Translations under genes and position numbers: made by a program | Notes under the pieces: model-generated | Databases searched by the model: none | Told to the model about the DNA's origin: nothing | The model's input: only the letters and a program-made list of their open reading frames with translations | Shown here: positions 10,441 through 22,700 of the stretch, piece after piece | Layout: every line of letters starts with the position of its first letter | How positions within the stretch are numbered: the stretch's first letter is position 1 | Assembly: GCA_000934665.2 (NCBI GenBank) | Contig: KZ538201.1 | Coordinates: forward strand, 1 to 64,000 | Direction: 5' to 3' | DNA length: 64,000 nt | Origin: Catajapyx aquilonaris | Lineage: Eukaryota

Positions 10441-13400
10441 TCTGACGCAGTGTATTTATCTTGTCTCAGTGTATTTCTCGTCCGCAATCTATATAGAAAG
10501 GAATATAACAATTAATAGATAAACATTAGAGTCCAGATCAGGGGTGGAAGGCACAGTGCGTATATTGCCAGCCTGTACCGCCAAAGAGTAACGGTGGTGA
10601 GCTGATTGGTTCGTGTGATTGTGTTCATTAAATCCCCAAAAGATTTAATTGGGGACAGGGCATGATTGGCCCTGTTTTGATCTTTTGTTGTCCCATTTTA
10701 TGGGGGCAGGTGGGAACTGGCTCATTTAATTTGACTGTAATTGTATGCGTCCAGTCTGCTTGTACAGACTTGATTAGTACAACAGTCTTTCTGTTGACTG
10801 CCAGTACCTACCATTGGTAGAGTCACGTGTAAGAAGAAGAAGACATCCCCAGCAGGCGATTACAGATGAGCCCAGTGCCCAGCAGTCAGGCCCAATGGAA
10901 ATTTGGGCATTTTTCTTTTTTTAATGGCAAATATTATTTTGTGAATGTAAATGTGCCTGCAAAGTACCCCATCAGTTACGTTTGTGCTTATAGGCACTGC
11001 TGATATTGTAAATCAAACGTCGCCTAATTTTGGCAGGGTACTTTGCTGCTTGGAGTATGATTCCAACCAACTTTTTGGCTGGAAACATGCTCGTCCCACG
11101 CCATGGGTGGGTTGCAAAGACCACCTGTTTAAACAGCAGTTGAAATTCGGTTTTTGCAATCCACCCTATGAGTTGGAGCTTTGTCGTAGCGGCGTGGCTT
11201 TTCACCAATCCAACTCAACTTTGACCTTTTCAGGGCTACTAATGCACTAGTCTCATTTTAGGCTCATTCATTAAACTGCTTAATGAAAAAAAAAAAGTTA
11301 AATGTGCATAAAAATATTTGATAATTTGAACAATTGCTAAAATTATTTTAAAGAAAAATTGCATTAATTTTTTGCCAGTTGCTTACAGGCTAGCAGTGCC
11401 GTGATGGTCACCATTCACTCTGAAACTAATGATTTAAATGCATTCGATTAACTCCAATTATTAAATTTACAATCATGCTCTCTCATTATCAGTTTCCAAT
11501 CATTTTGATATTTACAGTAATGTTCAATCCCATTTACATAATTTTTCTCAATAAATTCTGATTAATTTTTCAAAAAGTATTCAGTTCAAGTACGGTACTC
11601 TTAATCATTTCCATTTATATGTAATGTCAATTTATTTTATTTAACCATTAATTTCAGGTGTTTATCATCCTTGTATCAAGTTCAGTCCACAAGAGGATTG
11701 TTGAGTTATCATCATCTTAGAGATTTAAAAATGATTTTTTTTTTAAAATTAACGTTGTTCATTAAATTCATTAAAAATTGTTCATTAATAGTAATAACCA
11801 TCCTCCCATCCTTACATGTGCAGCTGTCCTTGTGACCACATCATATGAGTTCTCTCTGGTAGGGTTGTCCAGGACACACTGCACTTCCGATGTAGAGGGT
11901 CGGCCTAGCGGCACGAGCCGCAGACCGAGCCTGGAATAAATAAACGCCTACGACAACACAACAACACTGCACTTCCGATTTATATGACACCTAGTCGCCA
12001 CCTTGAAAAATGACTGCCAATTTAGTTACAAAAGAAGATAAGACCTCATACGTTGACCCACTCTAGTCATGCCATGCCCCAAAATTCTCGCCTCTCAAAA
12101 TGTATTGCTTTCGCAGATGTCCAGCATTGAAGCCCAGACATTCCGACCAAGACGACGAACATCCTGGCATAAGCAGGAGTTGATTCCAAGAACACATACT
12201 AAGTTATTCATTGTAATCAAGTCGAATCTATAAAAATTTTGGCCATTATCTTAATTACTTTCACTGGTCTGTACAAGATTCAATAATAACTTGGTTTATT
12301 ACCTGTAACCGCTGACTTCAGTTACTTTGAAAAGCAAAACCTGCATTCTTCACTTTTCAGGTTTCCTTGAAACAGCTTGAGAGTAAGAAAAAGCGGTATG
12401 AAGTTAGTAAAATGTACAGTAAGCTTTTGGTCGCTTATAGTAAACTAATATGTATCGTAGCTACATGAGGATTGCTCGTATGTACTGTACATCTTGCTGC
12501 CCAGTGTTAATCCAGATGCATCAGAAATACAGTACTAAAGAGTTATTTTATTACATATTTATAGTTAAAGCTGAGTTTCAGTCTGTTGATGGTAAAGGCT
12601 TTTTTTCAGCATGCCGAAAGGTACACACACATGCTGAGAAATAGTTTGTCATAATAATTGCAACAAGCGCCGTAAAAAATAACTGCCATCGACTATAATA
12701 ATGCTGCATGCCTCGTAAAAATTAAGTTAACGTGACTAAAGTAAATAAAGTGTATGTAATGTAATAAAATACTGTGTCAAAAATTTGATACAAGGTCCAC
12801 AAATGACAAAGTGAACTCCGCAGTGGGTCTGAACACGTCTGAAGGTACGTCCTACTGGTGTGTATGACGTTTCAACGTAACATCTACGCAATATGAAACA
12901 CAGATGGTGTTCGCTAAATATTCAATCGCAGTCATACAGATCATTCGATTACATAACAAAAAATACGCTGACGTCACACGAATCGTACTATAGAAATAGG
13001 ATCAAAAAGTTTGTCTTTGTTCATTGGTTATTATGCTGCCGTAATAATTGGTTCATGCAAATACGACCTTCAGTGCTCTTACTCTGCAACGGCTTGTCCT
13101 TCAGGCCCTTCCGGCTCACACAGCCGCCTTTTCCTCTCCTCTTGCTGGAGCCTGCGCCTATTCACTCTCCCTGGACAGTTTCGGAAGGACTAGCATAAGA
13201 ATGTAGATCACCAGACACAGCCGATGCCATGTGAATCTAAACTGTCGCCCAGTTAGGTCTACCATCCATTGCCTGAATTGCTCAAAAATTATTTACTGAC
13301 CATTTAAAAAAAAAAAAAAGGTTCTGTGATTCAAATTTATTCACCTCTTTTCCAAATTGATCCTTAAATAATGTAGTATCCAAAGAAAAAAAAGTACACA

Positions 13401-13718
13401 TCCGTTTAACTGACGGTGAAACTCTCTCCACAACGAAAATATTGATAACAAAAAAAAAAGATCCAAATTAGAAAAGTACAGGTGCGTCCCACACAAAAAA
13501 TGGGTTGCATTGAGACAAAAATTCTCTCTCGGCTCCCAGGGAATTAACATGAGTTCGCAGAGTTTCTGTAGATGCGCAGAGTGGATCAAGACTTTGAGAG
13601 AGTACACTTACTTACATACTTAAATGCTTTTTCTGGGACAAACCATAATATTCTAATACTCGAGGAGGGTTCACAATGAAAAATGTATGCAAAAATGTGG
13701 GCAGTCTTAAAAGTCCAA

Positions 13719-15767
13719 TTACAAAGTAATGACCTCGTCGTCGTTAGAGATTTTGGCCTTTTTAACAGGAACTTCCTCCTGAGCTCCATTCTTTCTCTTC
13801 CGGTCCTTCGTTACCTCCGCGACTTCTTTCACCTCTTCTTGCTCGTCCACCTCGATAATTTCCAAATCATCCTCATCCTCAACCATCATCTCAGGAGATT
13901 CACCATCACCTTGCTGTTCCTTCGCTTCGTTTTCAGTCTCCTTCGGCTTCAGTTCCGACAAGTCTCCAACCAGCTTGAATTCCACGGCGTCTTCCAAACG
14001 GCCCTCATGATGCGCAATGTTCAGCACCACCTGAAAAGCAATCAGCGTTACACCTTGTCGCAGTACAATATTATGTGATATCTCACCTCGAAGTTCTGAA
14101 GGAAGTCGTCGCACTTGAGTCGACTGCTGTCTCGGATTCCGAAGTCGGCCAGAACCTTGTCACTATTTTCTTCTGTCTCGCCTTCTTCCGAGGACACCAA
14201 AATGGTTCCTTTGCCGTCAGCAATCTCCACGTCTGGAGCCACCATGTTGAGTTTAGCTTTCAGAACTTGCTCCTCCAAAGTGCGTACCGTCATCTGGGTC
14301 ACGTCTGTCACCAAAGTAGCCTCGGGTTTGGAGCTACACACGTAACACTTCGGATTTGGCGGTGCCAGACGGTCCTGAACTAAGACTTGTCGGCGAGTAT
14401 TGGGCTGCCGAGTGATGTAAACAGTATTGCATTCCTTCAGCTTGCCGTCCAACACCTGAAAATGTACGCAAACAATTAGTTCATTAGTTGCGATTAGTAG
14501 CGCACATTATACCTTCAGAGCCTGCAGGACGACTACTCCAGCGACGATAGCATTTGTGGTAGCAATGGCAGGTATTATGTTGCCAGCCATCGACTTCACT
14601 TCAAACTCGCTCTTCTGATCAATGCCGAAAGCATACGATCGCAAGTTGGCCGCACTGGACACAAACTTCATATGCGAATCCTCATCCTTATCCCAAGAAA
14701 GCGTGTCGGACTCGGCTTGTTCGGCCAGCTGCTTGCAGCATTTGGTGAAAACCAAAATGTTCTCCGCAACGCTCCGGACTTGCTGCGATTCCATCTCAAA
14801 AATCTCGGTGCTTGACCCCGGGACTTGATCAGGCACCTTTTCCATATCCAGCGGGACTGGACGCCTCCGTTTTTCCCATAGACGATCCATGGAGAGCAGG
14901 TAGCGAATGTCATCGTTGAAAAGCTTGTGGAAGAGCTTCTTAGGGTCGTAACCGACTGATTTGGCCCACTCTCGCGTCGACACACGTTGTTTGCCGTTGT
15001 TTTCCGTTGCATCGCCTGGAAAGATTTGATGTTAAGTAAATGCGCAGACTTTGCTTAATATGAGCATTACCGCTTCCACTGTCTGTTGCTTCCAACGCAG
15101 CCTTCCCAGCATCCCCGACAGCTTCCGGATCGGCTGTGTCTGGACTCACATCTTCATCTGGATCGGCCTCACCATACAGCTGGTTGAACAAATGCTTAGC
15201 CCACACAATGCAATGGATTGGTTCAGACGGGGTGTTCCTTATGGTGCATCCTGGATACGTCTTCAGACCCTGCCTGGGCACACACTCATAACACTCAGTC
15301 ACACCCTTCTTGATCACCGTAGCTTGGCCCAAGTATCCAGCCGATCCGGACTCAATTAACGGCACATCAGCCGCAAGACACATCCGGTTAACATGTGACC
15401 GAGCCGCCAGATTATCAAGCGCATTAATAATGACGTTAAACTTCCGGAAGAAGTGTACATCATACTTGGGCGCCATTATCGAGTCATGATCCGCAATTAT
15501 GGTGCTATCCTGATTGTACTTTAGGGCCGACTCGCGGGCTACGACAGACTTGGGCTTCCCAACATGGCATCGCTGGAACAAGAACTGCCGGTTCAAGTTA
15601 GACACATCGATAGTGTCCAGGTCGATCACATGGATTGTGAGGAATCCGGACAGAACCAGGTTCTTCAAGACCTCGCATCCAATCCCGCCTGCACCCACAA
15701 GCAGAATCTTGCTCTGCTCTATTGACGATTCAAGTGAAGACGACACAGCTCCTTTTAACGTAGCCAT
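13719..15767 (-). CDS. UBA2: SUMO-activating enzyme subunit 2 (E1), 4 coding exons, about 626 aa
   Basis: Exons 15767-15071, 15015-14513, 14455-14087, 14030-13719, all GT-AG and in frame. Motifs VGAGGIGCE, DLDTIDVSNLNRQFLF, catalytic TYPGCTIRNTPSEPIHCIVWAK, SMAGNIIPAIATTNA, PPNPKCYVC, and a C-terminal basic NLS plus SIM-like DDEVITL. AATAAA at about 13336-13341. Confidence 0.96.
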
Positions 15768-15975
15768 CTGTAAGATCAGATCAGAACAATAGTAAGGGTA
15801 AGCTAACTTATGCGTTTTGGGAGGCGGCTTGTGTCCTTGGCAACCATAATTAGCCCCGGCCCCCTGCTGAGTCGAATTCTGATTGGTCAACCAGTAGAGG
15901 GCGGGGCTAATTATGGTTGCGAATGACACAAGCCACCTCCCCCTACTATACATATGGAATGGAATTAATAATCAC

Positions 15976-16441
15976 CTTCTGCCTGTTTGTTTCAACCAGA
16001 TTTTTTTGACTGAAGGGTGGCCACAGGGTCCTGAAATTTGCAAAATATTAAAAACCGGCTAAAAATTTGCAGGAATTTTGAGACATTTTTGAGCGAAATG
16101 TAACGTACGTTCCAAAAGAGTCCAACTGACGCCGAAAGATGAGTGGGTTGAAAGCCAAGTCGTGATTTGACATACAGCCGCGCATAAATACTTCGTACAT
16201 ATTAATTAGGCACAGAAAATTATTGAGTTGATTAGTAATATAATTGCCGTACTTTATCTAATTAGTAATTATGAAAACCAATTTTAATACAATTATTATT
16301 AATAAATCAATATACGTACATTATTTGGCATGACTGTACATTTCGACTCAAACGTTTATGTCGTTTTGTACTATCGACGTCATTGGCCCGTCAGCGTCGC
16401 CGGCGTCGTCATATCGGACCTACCGACGCTCTAAGGACCTG
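15976..16441. promoter_or_regulatory. Putative bidirectional promoter and 5'UTR exons of UBA2 and ALG13
   Basis: Minus strand: Inr-like TCAGTC at 16013-16008, donor AAG|GTGAT at 15975 and acceptor cttacag directly before the UBA2 ATG. Plus strand: donor CTG|GTAAGA at 16442 and acceptor tttctag at 17177, just before the ALG13 ATG. Confidence 0.5.
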
Positions 16442-16584
16442 GTAAGAAATCGTCGCATCATTACCCGCACTTGTAGCGTACGTGTAAGCACGATTTGAAA
16501 GAAAATAGAGGAAGACCCACTTATTTCACAAGAAATTGGCACCCCTGCTGATCATGTAATCCAATTGGCACCCCTGCTCTTGTA

Positions 16585-17140
16585 GAATGTAATGCAAAAT
16601 GTAATTGGCAATTTGCATTTACAGCTAATTTGCAACAAGTACGGTACGTACAAGGTACAAGTATGCACACGTACTTTACGTCTAATGCAAATGTAAGGCA
16701 AATGTAATTGCCATAATTTGCACAAGTACGTACTGTACAAGGTATAAGTACACACTGTATGTCTGATGCAAATGTAATTGCCAATTGCACTTACACTTAG
16801 GCTACAGCTAATTCACACAAGTACATACAAGGTACAAGTAAGCATTGTACATGTAATGGAAATGTAATTGCCAAAATTTGCACAAGTACGTACTGTACAA
16901 GGCACTAGTACACACTGTACATCTAATGCGAATGCAATTGCACTTACAGTTAATTGCACAAGTACGGTACATACCGGGTACAAGTATGCACTTGAACATA
17001 CATCTAATTCAAATGTAATTGCCATAACTTGCACAAGTACGTACAAGGACGCACCGTACGTCTAATGCAAATGTAATTGCTAATTGTACATACAGCTAAT
17101 TTGCACAAGTATGTACAAGGTACAAGCACTGTACGCACAA
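16585..17140. repeat. Degenerate tandem repeat (~60-70 bp units) in the inferred ALG13 5'UTR intron
   Basis: Recurring gcaaatgtaattgcc..ttgcacaagtacg(t/g)tac..acaaggtacaagta..gtctaat. Confidence 0.8.
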
Positions 17141-17185
17141 GGCATAGATCTCATTAAAATGTTGGGACATTTTCTAGACGACATA

Positions 17186-17744
17186 ATGTCCGGAACAGTA
17201 TTCGTGACGGTCGGAACAACCTCGTTCGACAAGCTAATCTCACAGATGACGACTGTACCAGTACTGAGAGTCCTGCGGAGTCGAGGGTACTCGCACCTCA
17301 AAATTCAGATTGGCACCGGCACGGCCGCACCTCCCAGCTGCTGCATTGAGGGCGTACAGGTTGTCATTGTTGAGCCCTAAACATTTGGATCGTTACTTAA
17401 CAAAATGTATGTCTCGGCAGGTTGAAAGCTACTCCTTGAAACCTTCGATAGCGGAGGATATTCGTGGGGCGGACCTGGTCGTAAGCCATGCAGGCGCGGG
17501 GAGTTGCTTGGAGGTGCTGGAGGCCGGGAAGCCACTGTTGGTGGTAATCAACGAGGATTTGATGGGCAATCATCAGGTCGAACTGGCCGATCGACTGGCG
17601 GAGGACGGTTACCTCTACTATTGCACATGCAAGAATTTGCTTGCCGCATTGGCAGGATCGGACTTCGAGAAACTAATTCCATTCACACCTGGAAATCCAC
17701 AGATATTTGCAAATTTTCTCAATTCAGTCATGGGATTTGATTAA
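17186..17744 (+). CDS. ALG13: UDP-N-acetylglucosamine transferase subunit ALG13 (short form), 2 exons, 165 aa
   Basis: Exons 17186-17359 and 17421-17744 (GT-AG, phase 0). Motifs VFVTVGTTSFDKLI, LKIQIG, ADLVVSHAGAGSCLEVL, KPLLVVINEDLMGNHQVELA. Confidence 0.95.
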
Positions 17745-17789
17745 AATTATTTTGTTAGATTTATAATTTTGGGAACAAACGGTTGTGTG

Positions 17790-18250
17790 AAAGACTAGCA
17801 GAGGAGCTTGTTCTTCACATGGCCTGTTGACATCGACAAACAGACAAACTTTCCCTTATGGATGTGTAAGATTACATTTTCCAAATAATGTTTGCGCAGT
17901 TAAACAGGTGTCATTGATTGACAAAAATTGAAGAATTAATTAATTAATGTAACAGACTAGCAGCAGAGCTTGTTTTCCACACGGCCTGTTGCCATCCACA
18001 AGCAGACAAACTTTCCCTTATGTACATATGTAATATAACATTTTGTAAATATTGTTGCAGCGTTAAACAGTTGAATGTGTTTAATAGTGATAGACAAAAA
18101 TTGGAGAATTAATAAATTCACGTAACAGAGTAGCAGCAGAGCTTGTTCTTCACACAGCCCGTTGTCGTGGACAAACAAACAATAATTTTTTTTGAAATGT
18201 TTGTAAGATGTAAGGTTGTATTTTCCAAAATAATGTTTGCACCATTAAAT
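17790..18250. repeat. Tandem array of three ~160-170 bp units carrying Helitron-like termini
   Basis: Units begin actagcag..gagcttgttcttcaca and contain cagacaaactttcccttatg..tgtaagat; the first unit reads A^TC...CTAG^T on the minus strand (17871-17795). Confidence 0.65.
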
Positions 18251-19707
18251 CGATGAGCACTCGAGAATAAATTGTTGAACCTCGTAGCAGGGGAAATTAA
18301 TAAATACACATTTTTTTTTGTTGTAAATATATAATTTTTTGTCTTTTATTTTTCACTACGTGGTGCAAGTGCGTCACAGGCGACTTGACATTTTTAGGAA
18401 AAACATTTTGCATACTTTGAGCTGATGATGCGCAAATTTTAACACCGACTTTTTTTTTTTTTTTGCACAACCTAGTATTACATGCGAGTACATGTGAAAG
18501 TAATACAGTATTGCAGGGACTGGATATAATTGATTTTAAAATGTATTGAGCTCTAATTGTAATATATCTTGAGTAAACTTTAAAAGGGCGACAAAAGATA
18601 TTGAGCAACAATTTTCGGATTGGAGGGGGGGGAATACATGTTTAAAGCACTTGCACCCACAAGCTACTGTATGAAATTTTTATTTTATTTTGGACCCTGT
18701 ACTTAAATATTTCCTGGAAAAAAAATATATCGTGCATGATAAAAAGGAACTAAAAATTCTTGCACCAGTCCGACTTATTTCATAGCAAAAAAAAATGTTG
18801 ATATTCACAAGCTTGGAACTTATTGCCTGATAATAATAATAATAGTAAATTTGTTATCACCCATTCCGTACGTGATAATAATTACTTACTCTATCTTTAT
18901 TGCTCTTGTGCTGTGTAACGTGCAAGTGATGAGCAGATTAAAAACTACATAATTCTGTACAATAAAATTGAAATATCAGGAAATGCATTCGATGTTTTTG
19001 GCACTGGCAGCGGAATTAAAAAGAGCGGAAACTATGCAAGTTTTTTTTTTTTGTTAAAAAAAAAGACCTAAAAAGTGGTTACTCATTTAGAAAATGCAAA
19101 CGAACATCCGTACCCTGTATCACTACTTTGTACACTAAACGGAAACTAAAACAATATTTAAAAAAAAAGTTATTAGGACTTCGGAGAATTATAAGCGCAC
19201 CAATTGCATTAACTGTAATACTAACAAGCCGCAATTACTTGTCTGGTCTGATTAAATTCACAGCATAGAGAGAAAAAAAGACAAACCTGGACACTTTTTT
19301 TAAAAATATATTTTTGCCAGCGAAGGCACACCTTTCTAAAAATCAAAAAAATATATTTGGGAAGACTTACAAAGTTGGAATGTGCCTCATTATACGCAAT
19401 ATTTTGCCGTCTAATTAACGACAACTTCTAAAAACATGTTACCACAGGCCAACCTACGATTAGTACGCTCGCATCATCACTGCTGAATTTTGTTACAAGT
19501 ACGGTACTTAAATAATGACCCCCCAAAAAAAGGCACTTGCAACTATTATCGTGATATCCCAGAACTCTTAAAAGGGCTCGTAATATTTTCTCAGCTGAAA
19601 ATAACAAGTGTTGGAATGTCACACTTTTTTTCCTTTCCCGGAATACTGGTTTTACTTGTGGTCCTTTTTTTTCTTTTTCGGCCGGGGGCGGNNNNNNNNG
19701 GGGGAAT

Positions 19708-22700
19708 TTATGAATAGAAAGTGAGGACAGACGTCTGGTTGCCGCGCACTATTAAGAATGGTGGCATGCCTTTGGTGACGGTTTCCAACCACGCCATGTA
19801 CAACGGTGCGGACACGGTTCCTTTCCGAGGCATCGGCAAAGTCCTGCGGAAGTAAACGAGTTAATTCGTTGCTAGAGTGATAATTCAATTTGAAACTTAC
19901 ATAACCACCAGAGCCGCATCTTTAGAGTGCTGCAGTAGGAGCTCTCGTAACCGCATGTGCCGGTTAGTTTTTTCCTTTAATGCCAGAAGCTCTGCGTCGG
20001 AGATGACTAAACCTGCAATCCAGAATAATGAGGGCTCACTTTTGTAACCGCAAGTTATGCAATCATGAGTGAAGTATTTGTGTAGCATTGTGCCGAATGA
20101 AATAGACGGACATGATCTATTTTTCTACGCATGATATAACTTATCGTACCAGTATTCTGCTCGTCCTCTCCTCGGAAAGGCTCTATTAGGACTTCAAACT
20201 CTCTGCGAGTGATGTCTTGTGCCTTCTTGGATATGTCGGAAATCACAATCACGTCACTGTAGTCAATCCTGAACTTGGACAGCAAGGCAGCCATACTGAA
20301 ATATTGAAGTAATAAGTAATGAAAATATGAGCATAACATTTTGTTTGCGCAATTGATATTGATACTAATTTTGGCTTGAATTGGCTACTTCTCAAAAAAT
20401 ACCAGAGAGTTACTAACTTCCTCTGTTCGCGATCAAGTTCGTCCTTCCTGTTTGCAAGTGAAAAGATCCGTAGCGAACACCCTGAGTACTGAGACCGGGT
20501 TGAGAGTATGTAAGGCAACAGTAGCGTTAATCCGCCATCGTCGTATAACCACCAGACATCAATGGTGGTCTTCTTCTGCTTCCTCTGGAACTGTGTGATG
20601 CTTGCGATCACCTCTTTCGGAAGAGGAGCACCTCCTGGTCCGTGGTACAAGTGGCTGCTGGACATCCGCCGACGATTCTTCTTGCCGCTCAGTTTTGCGT
20701 TGAGACCTCCCGATGGATGGGATGATATGCCTGTGCGTTCCAACTTGGGTGATGCGGGCGGAGTGCTGGCTTCGCTGCTGGTCCCATCTGGAGATAGTGT
20801 TTGGCGGTCAATAGTTGGAGGGCTCAAATAGCTCGAATAGCCAAAATGTAGGCTGTGAGTTTATGAGAAATTGAAGGATCTAATTTCTTTCAGAAATTGT
20901 GACTAGAAGCACTGCTTTGAGATTTAGGCGCAAGTGATTCGAACCTGTAGTTAGAAATTAGACGTTGAACGTTCAGTGAAGGATACCGAACTCAGTACAG
21001 CAAGTGCGGCTGGAATTTAATGAATAATCTTGTTATCAATTATATTATTGGCAAATTTGTTGCGTTTCTTCATCAAAACGACCAGATTTTTAAAAACTCT
21101 GTGCGCCCACTCTAATTAAATAAAATGAACACTGAAATGGCAGAATATTAGTGGAATTTTTCTACAGAAATTACCTGCATTGCAATGTTCGTTAGTTTGT
21201 GATGGTTCGTAATGCAACACTTACTCCGTAATGATAATGATGTAAGTCGAAACTATGATTTGTGTGTACACCAATTACATTGTCCGTGAGGCTATTTCTA
21301 ACTAAATATGACCATCAGTGACAAGTACATGTAATAGCAAGCGATTAAAAAATTATGTTGCGAGTACAACAAAAAGCGGTGGAACATGTGCGTGGTTAGC
21401 GACAAAGATCTGCACAAATGCTGTGTCGTTGTGATGTTGTTCAGCATTTCGTGCAGGTGACAAGACATGTTGAGCATATTTTTTTTTCACATGAGTGTAA
21501 CCCATCATGCGGATGTGATATTGACAGGACACTGCAGTGTTTCTAGGTGTGATGAAACATCTTGTTGAGGTGCCATTGTGCAAAATAAAAACAATTAAAA
21601 AAAAAAAAATGGCCTCGTGCAGGTGGTGCCAAAAATATAATAATTCGTGTGTGCGTGCAGGCTGAAACTCACCAGCATAAATCCAATGGTAGAGTAAGGT
21701 GCTTTTGATCTTCAACCCGTCTGGGTAAAAATATTTAAAAAATCAAATGACAATAATGAGTTACTTGTAAATTGTCTTTAAACAAAAATTGGGGGTTGAA
21801 CCACCGAGCCAATTGTGGTTTTATGTTGTAACTGGGACTATATATTTTTTTAAAAACAAAAATTGGCTCGTACTGTGCATAATAACATGGAGCATCATGC
21901 AGACCACTTGCTAAAAAGTTCTTTTAACCAATGTGTGTGGTAACCGCAACCAATGTGTCGTAGCTTACTATTAAAAAAAACCCCACTGGGAAGTTACTTG
22001 GGCCAAAAACATGTTAACCAAAAAAGAAAAGTTCAAACGAAGCTTCGTAGTAGTATTAATGAGATCACTGCATCTCATGCATTTCTTACCTTGCGAAAGT
22101 TGGCTGGCCGACTGGTTTCTAAGGAGCGTTTCATTCTTTTCCTTCTTCTCTGAATTTACATGAGTCACCTGGTCATCGTCCTCGATCACGTTTGAATAGT
22201 CGAGTCCGTTCTGTACGCGCAGGATCCCGACGGCCAAATGCATATCAAGTGCGTCACTGAAAGTTCATTAACCATTGTTCAACCGTGTTTATGGCTCATG
22301 TAATCAGATAGTAAGTAGCGATTACTTACTGAATGACATTGAAATACTGCCTCTGTTCTTCGGCATCGCATGTCTTCCAGTCTCCCTTGTAGCCGATTAG
22401 GACCATGTTCGGCTTCAGTTTTCCCAAACCTGCCAGTTGCATAACGGAGTGGACTCCTTTTTCAAAATCGTCCTCTTCGGTTAGACAGTAAAAGCCTTTA
22501 ACTTTGTGTCGTGATAGCCAGCTGTATGCTTGGCGCGTCAGGCCGTTTCTGACTCGTTGGTTGTATGAACTCTGTAATTATTATAATTAGAGAAATGCAA
22601 CGCTACAGCTTATTACAGCACTAACCTTGACAATGTGACCACAAATTAGCAGGGACAGTTTTTTGGTGATTAAGTTGCCAAAGTCGACAAGCGGCGGTCG

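Noticed and set aside
9983..10445. Repetitive ORFs or a CRISPR-like array
   Set aside because: Head-to-tail 18-20 bp units with no unique spacers, no cas genes, and eukaryotic context.
15768..15953. N-terminal extension of UBA2 in the ORF track
   Set aside because: Homology starts at MATLKG (15767), directly after a 3' splice-site-like cttacag; the extension is probably intron.
20850..21280. Additional micro-exons in the paralog 1 linker intron (acceptor at ~20945, donor at ~21224)
   Set aside because: Splice-like motifs exist, but I could not join them in frame without stop codons.
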